A stretch of 35,129 bases of DNA from Pseudomonadota bacterium. Its GTDB lineage: Bacteria > Desulfobacterota > Desulfobacteria > Desulfobacterales > ETH-SRB1. Of the stretch, positions 1 through 8,609 are shown in pieces. The DNA lies in NCBI GenBank assembly GCA_018897415.1, contig JAHIKR010000064.1:1-35129 (forward strand), in the 5' to 3' direction. Under the pieces are notes generated by a model. That model was not told the origin of the DNA. It ran no database searches and saw nothing but the letters and a program-made list of their open reading frames with translations. The position numbers and the translations under genes are program-made. Positions within the stretch are counted from its first letter, which is position 1; the number at the start of each line of letters is the position of its first letter.

Positions 1-11
1 TGAGCTGGCAT
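1..11 (-). CDS. 5' end (ATG plus 3 codons) of an unidentified divergently transcribed gene running off the left edge
   Basis: The reverse complement of 1-30 reads AGGAGG-aacaaacc-ATG CCA GCT CA. This is a canonical Shine-Dalgarno 8 nt upstream of an ATG (minus-strand ATG at 11..9). The product cannot be determined from 11 nt. Confidence 0.3.
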
Positions 12-168
12 GGTTTGTTCCTCCTGATAAAATAAATTTTAGTGTAACAGTAGTGACACACCATGTCAAATCTTATTTAACCGAGCACCACTTCGGGCGT
101 CTGGGTGCCCCTGTGAAATGCACTTTCTGCTTGACAGCCATCATTTTTAAAGGCAGCGTTTAAAAATA

Positions 169-1407
169 ATGTATAAAAAGAGATTGATCGAGCAAAAAAT
201 AGACCGGCTTTTGGATATGTTCCCAGTAGTTGCCATTATTGGTTCACGGCAATGTGGAAAATCAACACTGGTTAAAAATGTCCGTCCGGATTGGAAATAC
301 TATGATCTGGAAAGACCAGATGACTATCAACTGATAACAAGTGATCCATTAGGTTTTTTTGCCAGGCAAAGTGAAAAAACTATTATTGATGAGGCCCAGC
401 AATACCCGGAATTATTCAAAGTATTAAGAGGTATCATTGACCAGGACAGAAAAGCAGTCGGCAGGTTTCTGCTTACTGGATCAAGTTCTCCTGATATAGT
501 CAAAGGGTTGTCCGAAAGTATGGCCGGGCGAATTGCAACTATTGAACTTTGGCCATTTAAGGCAGCAGAATTTTATGACAAACCTCTTTTGCAAATTTAC
601 TCCCTGCTTTCTCAGAATAGACCGGATTTAGACCGGATTTCAGGTTTAAAGCCAGAGTTGGATGTCAAGCAAATATACGACCATTGGCAGTTAGGCGGTT
701 ACCCGGAGCCCAGGATAAAAGGTTGTGATACTCCGGAGTTTTACGGTTTATGGATGGATGAATATTTCTCGGATTATATCAGGAGAGATATTCAACGCCT
801 TTTTCCCAGAATCAACACTCATAATTTTCGTCTTTTTATCCAAACTCTGTCCTTTCACTCCGGCAAAATTATTAATCAGTCAGACATAGCCAGGGCATTG
901 GAAGTCAGCTCCGTTACCTCAAAAGAGTATCTTGAAATAATTCATAATACATTTATATGGCGCAATCTGAGAAGTTATGAAAAAAATAAATTAAAGAAAG
1001 TGCAAAAGATGTCCAAAGGTTTTTTCCGTGACCAGGGAATACTGCATCATCTCTTGAAAATTAATAGTCTTGATAACTTATTAGTCCACCCGGTGGCAGG
1101 TTTTTCATTTGAATCTTTTGTTGTAGAGGAAATTATAAGAGGGTTTCAGTGCACATTAACAGCAGGCATTGATTTTTATTTTTACAGAACCAGGGACAAA
1201 TCAGAGATAGATCTTATTATAGACGCTCCTTTTGGTGTTATCCCAATTGAGATCAAGCTGGGCTATAAAATTAAGAAAGGGATGCTGACGGCATTGAAGA
1301 ATTTTTTAAAAGATACTAATGCTCATTTAGGGATATTAGTAAATAACTCAGATAAAATAGAATTTTTGGCCAATAATATTATGCAAATTCCAGTCCACTA
1401 TTTTTGA
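169..1407 (+). CDS. AAA-family ATPase of the AAA_14/DUF4143 type
   Basis: 412-aa ORF with an N-terminal Walker A motif (GSRQCGKST) and Walker-B-like IIDEAQ. The C-terminal half resembles the DUF4143 nuclease-like region (EIDLIID...IEIK). Confidence 0.8.
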   Translation: MYKKRLIEQKIDRLLDMFPVVAIIGSRQCGKSTLVKNVRPDWKYYDLERPDDYQLITSDPLGFFARQSEKTIIDEAQQYPELFKVLRGIIDQDRKAVGRFLLTGSSSPDIVKGLSESMAGRIATIELWPFKAAEFYDKPLLQIYSLLSQNRPDLDRISGLKPELDVKQIYDHWQLGGYPEPRIKGCDTPEFYGLWMDEYFSDYIRRDIQRLFPRINTHNFRLFIQTLSFHSGKIINQSDIARALEVSSVTSKEYLEIIHNTFIWRNLRSYEKNKLKKVQKMSKGFFRDQGILHHLLKINSLDNLLVHPVAGFSFESFVVEEIIRGFQCTLTAGIDFYFYRTRDKSEIDLIIDAPFGVIPIEIKLGYKIKKGMLTALKNFLKDTNAHLGILVNNSDKIEFLANNIMQIPVHYF

Positions 1408-1419
1408 AAACATAGGGGG

Positions 1420-1493
1420 CACGCAGGCGCAAAGATAAAGAAGAAATTATGACGGAGAATGATCCGCAGATTACGCAGATTTTCGCAGATTAA
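1420..1493 (+). repeat. Degenerate copy of the 5' leader and start of the downstream GxxExxY cassette
   Basis: cacgcaggcgcaaagataaagaagaaattATGACGGAGAATGA parallels 1499-1563 (cacgcaaaggcgcaaagacgcc...aaagaaaattATGACTGAAAATGA). It continues as a 14-codon mini-ORF (MTENDPQITQIFAD) containing 3 copies of cgcagatt. Confidence 0.55.
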
Positions 1494-1497
1494 ATAT

Positions 1498-1525
1498 CTC
1501 ACGCAAAGGCGCAAAGACGCCAAGA
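1498..1525 (+). repeat. Left arm of the inverted repeat flanking the GxxExxY gene
   Basis: ctcacgcaaaggcgcaaagacgccaaga matches the reverse complement of 1936-1963 at 27 of 28 positions by eye. Confidence 0.8.
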
Positions 1526-1549
1526 TAAAAAACAATATAAAAGAAAATT

Positions 1550-1927
1550 ATGACTGAAAATGAGATTGCTAAAGAAATTGTTGATGCTGCGTATCATGTT
1601 CACAGAAAGCTTGGCCCAGGGCTTTTGGAAAGCGTGTACGAGGTTATTCTTGCCCATGAGTTGAAGAAGAGGGGGATGAAGGTTGAAAGGCAAGTGCCTG
1701 TGGCAATTGTTTTTGATGGCATAAAATTTGATGAGGGTTTTAGGGCTGATCTTATTGTAGAGAACAAAGTCATTGTTGAATTGAAGTCAGTAGAAAAAAT
1801 ACTGCCTGTCCACAAAAAACAATTGTTGACTTACCTCAGACTGGCAGACAAGAAGTTAGGATTATTAATCAATTTTGGTTCCGAACTAATTCGCGATGGT
1901 ATATCAAGAGTCGTTAATGGGTTATAG
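1550..1927 (+). CDS. GxxExxY family protein (small PD-(D/E)XK-like protein)
   Basis: 125-aa ORF. It has the G-x-x-E-x-x-Y signature (GLLESVY), the ADLIVENKVIVELK core, and a KKQLLTYLRL...GLLINFG tail typical of this family. Confidence 0.85.
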   Translation: MTENEIAKEIVDAAYHVHRKLGPGLLESVYEVILAHELKKRGMKVERQVPVAIVFDGIKFDEGFRADLIVENKVIVELKSVEKILPVHKKQLLTYLRLADKKLGLLINFGSELIRDGISRVVNGL

Positions 1928-1935
1928 CTTTCAAA

Positions 1936-1963
1936 TCTTAGCGTCTTTGCGCCTTTGCGTGAG
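1936..1963 (-). repeat. Right arm of the inverted repeat flanking the GxxExxY gene
   Basis: tcttagcgtctttgcgcctttgcgtgag is the reverse complement of 1498-1525 with one mismatch. Confidence 0.8.
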
Positions 1964-2035
1964 GCAATAAATTCTAAATAAGGAATTCCTGGAAGCACTG
2001 TGGAGCGGAGAGTATTTATAGTTGGCTGCAAAACG

Positions 2036-2060
2036 ATATAAAAGAAAATTATGACTGAAA
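2036..2060 (+). repeat. Exact 25-bp direct copy of the GxxExxY leader and start codon region
   Basis: atataaaagaaaattatgactgaaa is identical to 1535-1559. It lies 20 nt upstream of the ATG of the next gene (2080). Confidence 0.85.
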
Positions 2061-2079
2061 GAGGATGTTTTTGTAATAG

Positions 2080-3972
2080 ATGAAAAAGATACTTATAAGT
2101 AAAAATTTGTTTGTTTTGATTCTGGCCGATGTGGTTCTATTGGCCATTTCTTACTTTTTGGCCTACGTTGTGCGGTTTGAGGCTAAGCTTGGGGCAAGTG
2201 AACTGCTGGTTATAAAGCAGACAATTGTTCCAATCCTCCTATGCAAACTAACAGTGTTTTACTTCTTTAACCTCTACCGGGGTATGTGGCGTTATACCAG
2301 CATAGTTGATCTGCTTAATGTGATCAAAGCTGTAGCGGTGAGTTCTTTAATTATTATTACACTGATTCTCATGCTTAGCAAATTCCAGGGGTTTTCGCGG
2401 TCCATATTTGTCATTGACGCTGTTTTTTCCTTGATATCGATAGCCGGAATCAGACTTGTCATCCGGCTTTTTTTATCTACTACTAGTTTTTCTCGTAATA
2501 AGAATGGCATCAACAGCAACGAACATAAGAAAATGATTATAATCGGCGCTGGTGATGCAGCAGAAAAGGTCGTTCGTGAGATTTATGATAATCCGAAGAT
2601 GAAATATAGAGTCGTTGGTTTTGTTGATGATGATAAAAATAAGGTTGGTAAACAGATCCATGGGATAAAGGTTCTCGGCAGAATCGATGAGCTTAAAGAG
2701 ATTGTAAAAAGCGAAGGTGTGGATGAAATTCTGATCGCCGCGCCTTCTGCAGTGGGAAAAGACATGAGACGTATTGTAGAGATCTGTGATGCGACAAAGA
2801 TTCCCTATAAAACACTGCCGGGGTTGGGGGAAATAATCGACGGCAAAGTCAGCATCAAAACAATTCGAGATATTTCATACAAAGATCTTCTCGGAAGACC
2901 TCCTGTCCGATTAGAAAATGTCAAGATTTCGGATTTCTTGAAAGGCAAGTGTGTGTTAATCACAGGAGCGGGCGGTTCGATAGGTTCTGAACTGTGCCGG
3001 CAGATCTGCAAGTATGGGCCGTCCCTTGTGGTTTTGTTCGATGCAGGCGAAAGTAATCTATATTCGATTCAAATGGAACTCAAGCACTTGGTCACCTATA
3101 TAAAATATCGGGCTGTGCTCGGTCGGATACAGGATAAAGCATTGGTTGATGAGGTCTTCCGGAAATACAAGCCGGATGTAGTCTTTCACGCAGCCGCCTA
3201 TAAGCATGTTCCGTTAGTGGAAAGAAATCCCTGGGAAGCGGTATATTCTAATATCATCGGAACAAATACCATAGTCAAGGCGGCAATTGCCCATAAGGTC
3301 GACCGATTTGTCCTGGTGTCCACGGATAAAGCGGTGCGGCCGACCAACGTAATGGGAGCGTCAAAGCGCATTGCTGAAAAGATTGTGCAATTTCATCCGT
3401 CCGGTTCGACCAAGTTCATGTCTGTGCGTTTTGGGAATGTGATCGGTTCTTCAGGGTCAGTAATTCCCCTTTACCGGCATCAAATCGAAAAAGGTGGCCC
3501 TGTGACTGTTACACATCCAGAGATAACCAGGTTTTTTATGACCATAGAAGAGTCTGCACAACTTATACTTCAGGCATTTACCATGGGCGACGGCGGTGAG
3601 ATTTTTATCCTTGAAATGGGAACACCAGTCAAAATAGTAGATATGGCCAGAGACCTGATTCGTCTTTCCGGCAAAGAACCTGATACGGATATTGAGATAA
3701 AATTTATAGGCCTCAGGCCGGGTGAAAAACTTTACGAGGAGTTGATTACAGAGGGAGAAGGGATTGTAAAGACCGACCATGAAAAAATTCTTGTATTACG
3801 AGATGAGAGTCTAAGCGGTGACATAGAGCATTATAATAAATTAGATAGACTTGATGAACAGATAAGAGAATTGACCCATCTGGCAGACATGCATGATGCA
3901 AAGGGGATTAAATCAAAGTTGAAGGAGATTGTACCTGAGTATGCGATATCAGATGATGAAGCGGTAGTTTAG
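2080..3972 (+). CDS. Membrane-anchored nucleotide-sugar 4,6-dehydratase of the CapD/PglF/WbpM type (polysaccharide biosynthesis protein)
   Basis: 630 aa with about 4 N-terminal hydrophobic helices. It has two Rossmann motifs (IIIGAGDAAEKV; ITGAGGSIGSEL), the SDR catalytic region STDKAVRPTNVMGASKRIAE, and RFGNVIGSSGSVIP. Confidence 0.85.
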   Translation: MKKILISKNLFVLILADVVLLAISYFLAYVVRFEAKLGASELLVIKQTIVPILLCKLTVFYFFNLYRGMWRYTSIVDLLNVIKAVAVSSLIIITLILMLSKFQGFSRSIFVIDAVFSLISIAGIRLVIRLFLSTTSFSRNKNGINSNEHKKMIIIGAGDAAEKVVREIYDNPKMKYRVVGFVDDDKNKVGKQIHGIKVLGRIDELKEIVKSEGVDEILIAAPSAVGKDMRRIVEICDATKIPYKTLPGLGEIIDGKVSIKTIRDISYKDLLGRPPVRLENVKISDFLKGKCVLITGAGGSIGSELCRQICKYGPSLVVLFDAGESNLYSIQMELKHLVTYIKYRAVLGRIQDKALVDEVFRKYKPDVVFHAAAYKHVPLVERNPWEAVYSNIIGTNTIVKAAIAHKVDRFVLVSTDKAVRPTNVMGASKRIAEKIVQFHPSGSTKFMSVRFGNVIGSSGSVIPLYRHQIEKGGPVTVTHPEITRFFMTIEESAQLILQAFTMGDGGEIFILEMGTPVKIVDMARDLIRLSGKEPDTDIEIKFIGLRPGEKLYEELITEGEGIVKTDHEKILVLRDESLSGDIEHYNKLDRLDEQIRELTHLADMHDAKGIKSKLKEIVPEYAISDDEAVV

Positions 3973-4025
3973 GAAGGAGAGATTGGCTATTCGACACTTT
4001 ATGCAGGATTTAGTTTAGATAGATT

Positions 4026-4192
4026 GAGACCTTTGCAAAACGCCCCCTTTTGCCCAATTAGCGCTATAAAGCTTCACTAAAGTGCCTGTGTCAGACTCAA
4101 ATTTTAAGCCTCGAAATACTCAATGTATTCCTACAGTTAAAATTTTCGCCTTCCTTGAACTTGAACAAAATTGAGCATTTTTCAAAGGTCTC
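4026..4192 (+). mobile_element. MITE-like element A (167 bp): terminal inverted repeats GAGACCTTTG(C/A)AAAA and a 5-bp target-site duplication AGATT
   Basis: The ends gagacctttgcaaaa / ttttcaaaggtctc match at 14 of 15 positions as an inverted repeat. The flanking pentamers 4021-4025 and 4193-4197 are both AGATT. A near-identical copy lies inverted at 34796-34962. Confidence 0.85.
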
Positions 4193-4381
4193 AGATTATT
4201 ATACTTGACATTGGTTAAAATATATGTTCAATCTATGAACGTTTAGAAACTGAACACTTGAAGATGATTATTAATTCCCATAAATATCTTTACGTTAAGA
4301 CTTGTCGATTTCATGTAACCCACCAAGCGGAGCTATGCTCTATGTCTAAAAGTTAGCTCTAATTTCTCCCCATTAAATCTT

Positions 4382-4529
4382 GATGAATTCGTAAAAAGGC
4401 AAATTCATCATGTTAAGTGTTAAGTTTTAGGTGTTAAGTTCTGGAATTATATTGTTATAACAAATGCTTAAATCTTAAAACCTAAAACTTAAAACGTTTG
4501 TAAAAATCTGATTTTCAGACTTTTTACGA
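4382..4529. repeat. Long imperfect palindrome / structured repeat upstream of the regulator gene
   Basis: Outer arms tcgtaaaaag (4389-4398) / ctttttacga (4520-4529). Inner arms taagttttaggt / acctaaaactta. Local hairpins gatgaatt...aattcatc (4382-4409) and gtaaaaatctga-ttt-tcagactttttac (about 4499-4527). Confidence 0.6.
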
Positions 4530-4556
4530 GATTGTCAATCTTAACCTGTCACTATT

Positions 4557-5138
4557 ATGGATCATAAAGACATACGGACATTAAAACTCCTTGAAGAGAT
4601 CGAGAAAGACTATTTTCCGAGCCAGAGAGAACTCGCCAGGAAGTTGAATATTTCGCTGGGGCTTGTTAATTCATTTGTCAAGCGCCTTTCTCACAAAGGT
4701 TACTTCAAGATTACAACTATTCCTAAGAATAGGGTAAAATATATACTTATGCCAGAAGGAGCTGTTGAAAAAACAAGGCTGACATATCAGTATATCCAGT
4801 ATTCTTATAATTTTTACAAGGATGCCCGCCACAAACTCCGCAAACTTTATAAAGGACTTGAGGCAGAGGGAGTCAGACATATAGTTTTTTATGGGGCAAG
4901 CGATTTAGCTGAAATCGCATACATCTCTTTGCAGGAGACATCCATTGAAATGGTTGCCGTTGTAGATATGTTAAAGGCAGGGAAACAATTTTTGGGGAAA
5001 TTAGTTTTAGATCCTGTTAATCTTAACTCACTTTCATTTGACAGAATCCTTATTACCACAATTGAATCAAGAGAAAAAAATTTAGATGATATTATAGAAA
5101 ATGGAGTGCCCGATAGCAAGATAGTTACTATTGAATAA
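4557..5138 (+). CDS. EPS-associated MarR-type winged-helix regulator with an extra Rossmann-like C-terminal domain
   Basis: The N-terminus (SQRELARKLNISLGLVNSFVKRLSHKGYFKI...KYILMPEGAVEKTRLT) fits the EPS-locus MarR pattern as I recall it. The C-terminal roughly 90 aa (IVFYGASDLAEIAY...) looks like a small nucleotide/CoA-binding fold. Confidence 0.65.
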   Translation: MDHKDIRTLKLLEEIEKDYFPSQRELARKLNISLGLVNSFVKRLSHKGYFKITTIPKNRVKYILMPEGAVEKTRLTYQYIQYSYNFYKDARHKLRKLYKGLEAEGVRHIVFYGASDLAEIAYISLQETSIEMVAVVDMLKAGKQFLGKLVLDPVNLNSLSFDRILITTIESREKNLDDIIENGVPDSKIVTIE

Positions 5139-5247
5139 AGAGGGAAAAAATATATTATTCGTTATTCTTGAGGGATGGGAAGGGATAAAGGTACTAAGAG
5201 CAATTGAGAAGATTTGTTAAGGACGTGAATCATAGAGAGGGATTATC

Positions 5248-6288
5248 ATGTTAAACGATAAAACAATTTTGATTACCGGGGGAACTGGGTCATTGGGGAA
5301 AAAAATGACCCACATTATTTTGGAGAATTATACACCTGAAAAGCTTATTATCTTCAGCAGGGATGAGCTTAAGCAGTTTGAGATGTCTCAAAGATGGAGT
5401 ATGAAAAAGTATCCATGTATCCGCTATTTTCTGGGTGATGTAAGGGATAAGGATAGGCTCATTAGAGCTTTTAATGGTGTTGATTATGTCATTCATGCTG
5501 CAGCGCTTAAACAGGTTCCTGCGGCTGAGTATAATCCTGCAGAATGTATTAAAACAAACATATATGGTGCAATGAATGTTATTGATGCTGCACTTTTTAA
5601 CAATGTAAAGAAAGTCGTGGCCTTATCCACTGATAAAGCCTGCAATCCTATTAACTTATATGGAGCAACAAAGTTATGTTCAGATAAATTGTTTGTTGCA
5701 GCCAATGTCTATAGAGGATTTGATAAGGAGACAAGTTTTGCTGTCGTACGTTATGGTAATGTGCTTGGTAGTCGTGGCTCAGTGGTTCCATTTTTTAAGG
5801 AACGTTCTAAGACAGGCGTGCTTCCTATTACTGACCCCGACATGACACGCTTTTGGATTACCCTTGACCAGGCAGCTCATTTTGTACTCAAGGTTTTAGA
5901 ATTAGCAAAAGGGGGAGAAATCTTCGTTCCCAAGATTCCTTCCATGAAAATTACAGATCTGGCCAAAGCAATAGCTCCCGAGTGTTCACATAAAACCGTA
6001 GGTATTCGTCCTGGCGAGAAAATTCATGAAACCCTTATCGGAGAAGATGAAGGACGTAATGCTATAGAATATAAAGATTGTTACGTAGTAAGACAAGACC
6101 ACTTTGATGCTGAGAAAAGGCTCGATATCAATAATGGCGGCCGATCATGTCCAAAAGGATTTAGATATAGATCAGATAATAATCCTGAAAGATTAAGTAT
6201 TGAAGAATTAAAACAGACCTTAGAGCAAATCTCTGATGACTATAGTATTGAAAAAACACGTTGGTCAATGGACGATATTCCGCAATAA
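5248..6288 (+). CDS. pseB: UDP-N-acetylglucosamine 4,6-dehydratase, PseB/FlaA1 type (short soluble CapD-like SDR)
   Basis: 346 aa with N-terminal KTILITGGTGSLGKK. The catalytic block LSTDKACNPINLYGATKLCSDKLF has a Tyr-containing YGATK rather than the CapE/FnlA Met variant. Also has RYGNVLGSRGSVVP. Confidence 0.8.
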   Translation: MLNDKTILITGGTGSLGKKMTHIILENYTPEKLIIFSRDELKQFEMSQRWSMKKYPCIRYFLGDVRDKDRLIRAFNGVDYVIHAAALKQVPAAEYNPAECIKTNIYGAMNVIDAALFNNVKKVVALSTDKACNPINLYGATKLCSDKLFVAANVYRGFDKETSFAVVRYGNVLGSRGSVVPFFKERSKTGVLPITDPDMTRFWITLDQAAHFVLKVLELAKGGEIFVPKIPSMKITDLAKAIAPECSHKTVGIRPGEKIHETLIGEDEGRNAIEYKDCYVVRQDHFDAEKRLDINNGGRSCPKGFRYRSDNNPERLSIEELKQTLEQISDDYSIEKTRWSMDDIPQ

Positions 6289-6377
6289 GGAAGTAGTTCT
6301 TAGATTATTGTACCATGATACAAAAATAAATATTCAATGAAAAGTAATAAAATAAAGCGGTTGCTCAGAGGTAACTA

Positions 6378-7694
6378 ATGAAAATAGCAAAAAGTTTGAA
6401 GATGCAGAAGCGGGCAAGAAACAGGATACCCGGCATGACCCAATTGCTGTCAAAGCGTCCCGACATGTTTTCTTCAGGAGCTTGGCCAGGATATTATAGC
6501 AGAGCAAAAGGAGTAGAGATATGGGATTTGGATGGTAATCGGTATATAGATATGAGCCTTTCGGGCATCGGTACATGTATTCTTGGCTATGCCGATCCGG
6601 ACGTAAATCGAGCTGTCAAAGCTGCAATTGACGCAGGTTCAATGTCCACTTTGAATTGTCCCGAAGAAGTAGAGCTAGCAGATCTTCTTTGTAAGTTACA
6701 TCCCTGGGCCGAAATGGCCCGCTTCGCCCGTACGGGAGGCGAGGCAATGGCAATTGCCGTAAGGATAGCTCGTGCATATACTGGTAAGGACAAAATTGCC
6801 TTTTGCGGCTACCACGGGTGGCATGACTGGTATTTGGCTGCTAATTTAGGTACTGAAAATGCTTTAGGGGAACACCTCCTGACAGGGTTGAATCCAACTG
6901 GAGTCCCCAAAGGTTTAACGGGCACAGCTATTCCATTTCGCTACAATCATCTTGAAGAACTGCAAGCTATAGTTGAGAAAAACAGAAAAGACATAGCTGC
7001 TATCATTATGGAACCCATTCGCAATGTCCAACCACAACCCGGTTTTCTGGAAGGGGTAAGAGCTTTAGCTGACGAGATAGGAGCAGTCTTTATCATTGAT
7101 GAAATATCTGCTGCATTCAGAATGAACTCAGGGGGGGCACATCTTGTTTTTGGTATTTTACCCGATGTTGCGGTATTTTCCAAAGCATTGGGGAATGGCT
7201 ATCCAATAGCAGCTATAATAGGGAAGAGCCAGGTCATGGAAGCTGCTCAAAGCACATTTATTAGTAGCACTATGTGGACGGAACGTATAGGCCCTGCCGC
7301 AGCCTTGGCTACCATCAAGAAACATAAAGCTGTTGATGCAGGCAAGCACCTTATGGCTGTCGGAAAACAGATACAAGAAGGATGGACTCGTCTGGCGAAA
7401 AAGAATAACTTGAAAATAGATATTGGCGGGATCCCGCCACTCAGCCATTTTTCTTTTGAATATGATAATGCGCTATCAATGAAGGCTTTATTTGTTCAAT
7501 TGATGCTTGAACTGGGTTTTTTGGCATCGAATCTTTTTTATGCAATGTATGCCCACACAGAAGACCATGTAAGAAGCTATCTTGAAGGAGTTGATAAATC
7601 ATTTGAAAAAATAGCGCGCTCAATTGAGCACAACGATATCGATAAAAAACTCATTGGAGAACCTTCCAGTATCGGCTTTAAAAGACTTGCATAA
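6378..7694 (+). CDS. Class-III PLP aminotransferase (glutamate-1-semialdehyde 2,1-aminomutase-like)
   Basis: 438 aa with motifs ARFARTGGEAMAIAVRIARAYTG, IIDEISAAFR and FSKALGNGYP (candidate PLP lysine). These are typical of the HemL-like class-III family. Confidence 0.8.
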   Translation: MKIAKSLKMQKRARNRIPGMTQLLSKRPDMFSSGAWPGYYSRAKGVEIWDLDGNRYIDMSLSGIGTCILGYADPDVNRAVKAAIDAGSMSTLNCPEEVELADLLCKLHPWAEMARFARTGGEAMAIAVRIARAYTGKDKIAFCGYHGWHDWYLAANLGTENALGEHLLTGLNPTGVPKGLTGTAIPFRYNHLEELQAIVEKNRKDIAAIIMEPIRNVQPQPGFLEGVRALADEIGAVFIIDEISAAFRMNSGGAHLVFGILPDVAVFSKALGNGYPIAAIIGKSQVMEAAQSTFISSTMWTERIGPAAALATIKKHKAVDAGKHLMAVGKQIQEGWTRLAKKNNLKIDIGGIPPLSHFSFEYDNALSMKALFVQLMLELGFLASNLFYAMYAHTEDHVRSYLEGVDKSFEKIARSIEHNDIDKKLIGEPSSIGFKRLA

Positions 7695-7825
7695 CATGTT
7701 ATCATAAAAACTGATAAAAAAATCAAACCGATGCCAGAGAAAACTTTTATAATCAAAATTATTGAAAATGTTTTATCTGACGAGGAGTGGGTAACCCTTG
7801 TTGATGCCCTTAAGGCGATTTTGCA

Positions 7826-8146
7826 ATGGACAAAAAAAGCAAAGATTTGATGGATTTTATTTCCGGGGCTATTGATCACTTAGATGTGAGCGGCTTTGAA
7901 GCGCTTGAAATTCTGGATGTTCGTAGTCGTCTTGCATCAAGGGAGCCTCTTCTTGATGAGCAGGACAGGGCGCGTCTGGAAAGATTGGACCGCCAGTTGC
8001 TGCAAATGGCAGATTCTCTAATAGAATGTATCTCAGAAGTTGCGAATCTGGCAGAAATGCGGAGAAGAGCACATATTCTTCCATCTCATTGGTGGTGGTA
8101 TCTGGATGGAATTACTTCTGACAACCGCAAGGTCGCCGAAGGATAG
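7826..8146 (+). CDS. Hypothetical protein (contains the SHWWWYLD motif)
   Basis: 106-aa ORF with protein-like composition. No family was recognised. An upstream overlapping 39-codon ORF (7731-7850) would fuse to it with +1 A in the A7 tract at 7832-7838. Confidence 0.4.
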   Translation: MDKKSKDLMDFISGAIDHLDVSGFEALEILDVRSRLASREPLLDEQDRARLERLDRQLLQMADSLIECISEVANLAEMRRRAHILPSHWWWYLDGITSDNRKVAEG

Positions 8147-8173
8147 CAGCTATGCTCCAAGCTCTTGCCTCTT

Positions 8174-8203
8174 CACTTAAAACTTAATCACTTAAAACTA
8201 AAA
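8174..8203 (+). repeat. Two units of the 15-bp motif CACTTAAAACTTAAT
   Basis: cacttaaaacttaat cacttaaaactaaaa. The same unit is tandemly repeated at 9000-9059, and the surrounding sequence (8161-8218) is also homologous to 8986-9075. Confidence 0.8.
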
Positions 8204-8296
8204 ACTATGCTTTCTTCCGGTAGGCTGAGGGTCAAAAAATGGAAATTAGTCTGAAAGCGTGTTGCAAGTCATATTTGCAAATGATAAACGGGATTT

Positions 8297-8608
8297 GTGA
8301 TGAAGGAAGTTAAGTTTACAGTAATGCTGACGCGAGAGGACAGATACCGCCACCACCATGTACGATTTAGAAAAGACGTTCTCAGTTTTGTCGTACAATA
8401 TGAGACAAAGGTGGAAGAAAAATGGCTTCCAGTCGTAAGATATGATACAAGGCATGGCTTTGCTCATCGGGATCTTTTGGATAAAAAGGGCGAAAAACAA
8501 AAGACGCCTATTCTTGCCGAAGACTACAGCGAGGCCCTGACATTTGCTGAATACGATATCAAATCTAATTGGAAAATGTACAAACAGCATTTCATGGTAG
8601 GAGGTTAG
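8297..8608 (+). CDS. Small hypothetical protein, first gene of a tightly coupled pair
   Basis: 103-aa ORF whose stop lies 1 nt before the next ATG. The motif VVRYDTRHGFAHRD is faintly reminiscent of the RYDN..HH motif of TumE/DUF6516-type toxins; this is unverified. Confidence 0.55.
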   Translation: MMKEVKFTVMLTREDRYRHHHVRFRKDVLSFVVQYETKVEEKWLPVVRYDTRHGFAHRDLLDKKGEKQKTPILAEDYSEALTFAEYDIKSNWKMYKQHFMVGG

Positions 8609-8609
8609 C

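Noticed and set aside
131-168. TTGACA at 131-136 as a promoter for the AAA ATPase gene
   Set aside because: No acceptable -10 hexamer lies at 16-19 nt spacing. The A/T-rich stretch at 161-167 is 24 nt away and abuts the ATG.
1499-2031. Minus-strand ORFs 1499-1693, 1600-1815 and 1831-2031 around the GxxExxY gene
   Set aside because: They are antisense to a well-supported family gene, or made of the flanking inverted-repeat sequence (…WRLCAFA, …RKGAKTLRF). They are not independent genes.
4205-4233. TTGACA at 4205-4210, just right of MITE A, as the operon promoter
   Set aside because: The best -10 candidate at 16-nt spacing (TTCAAT) matches only 4/6. This is too weak to call without transcript data.
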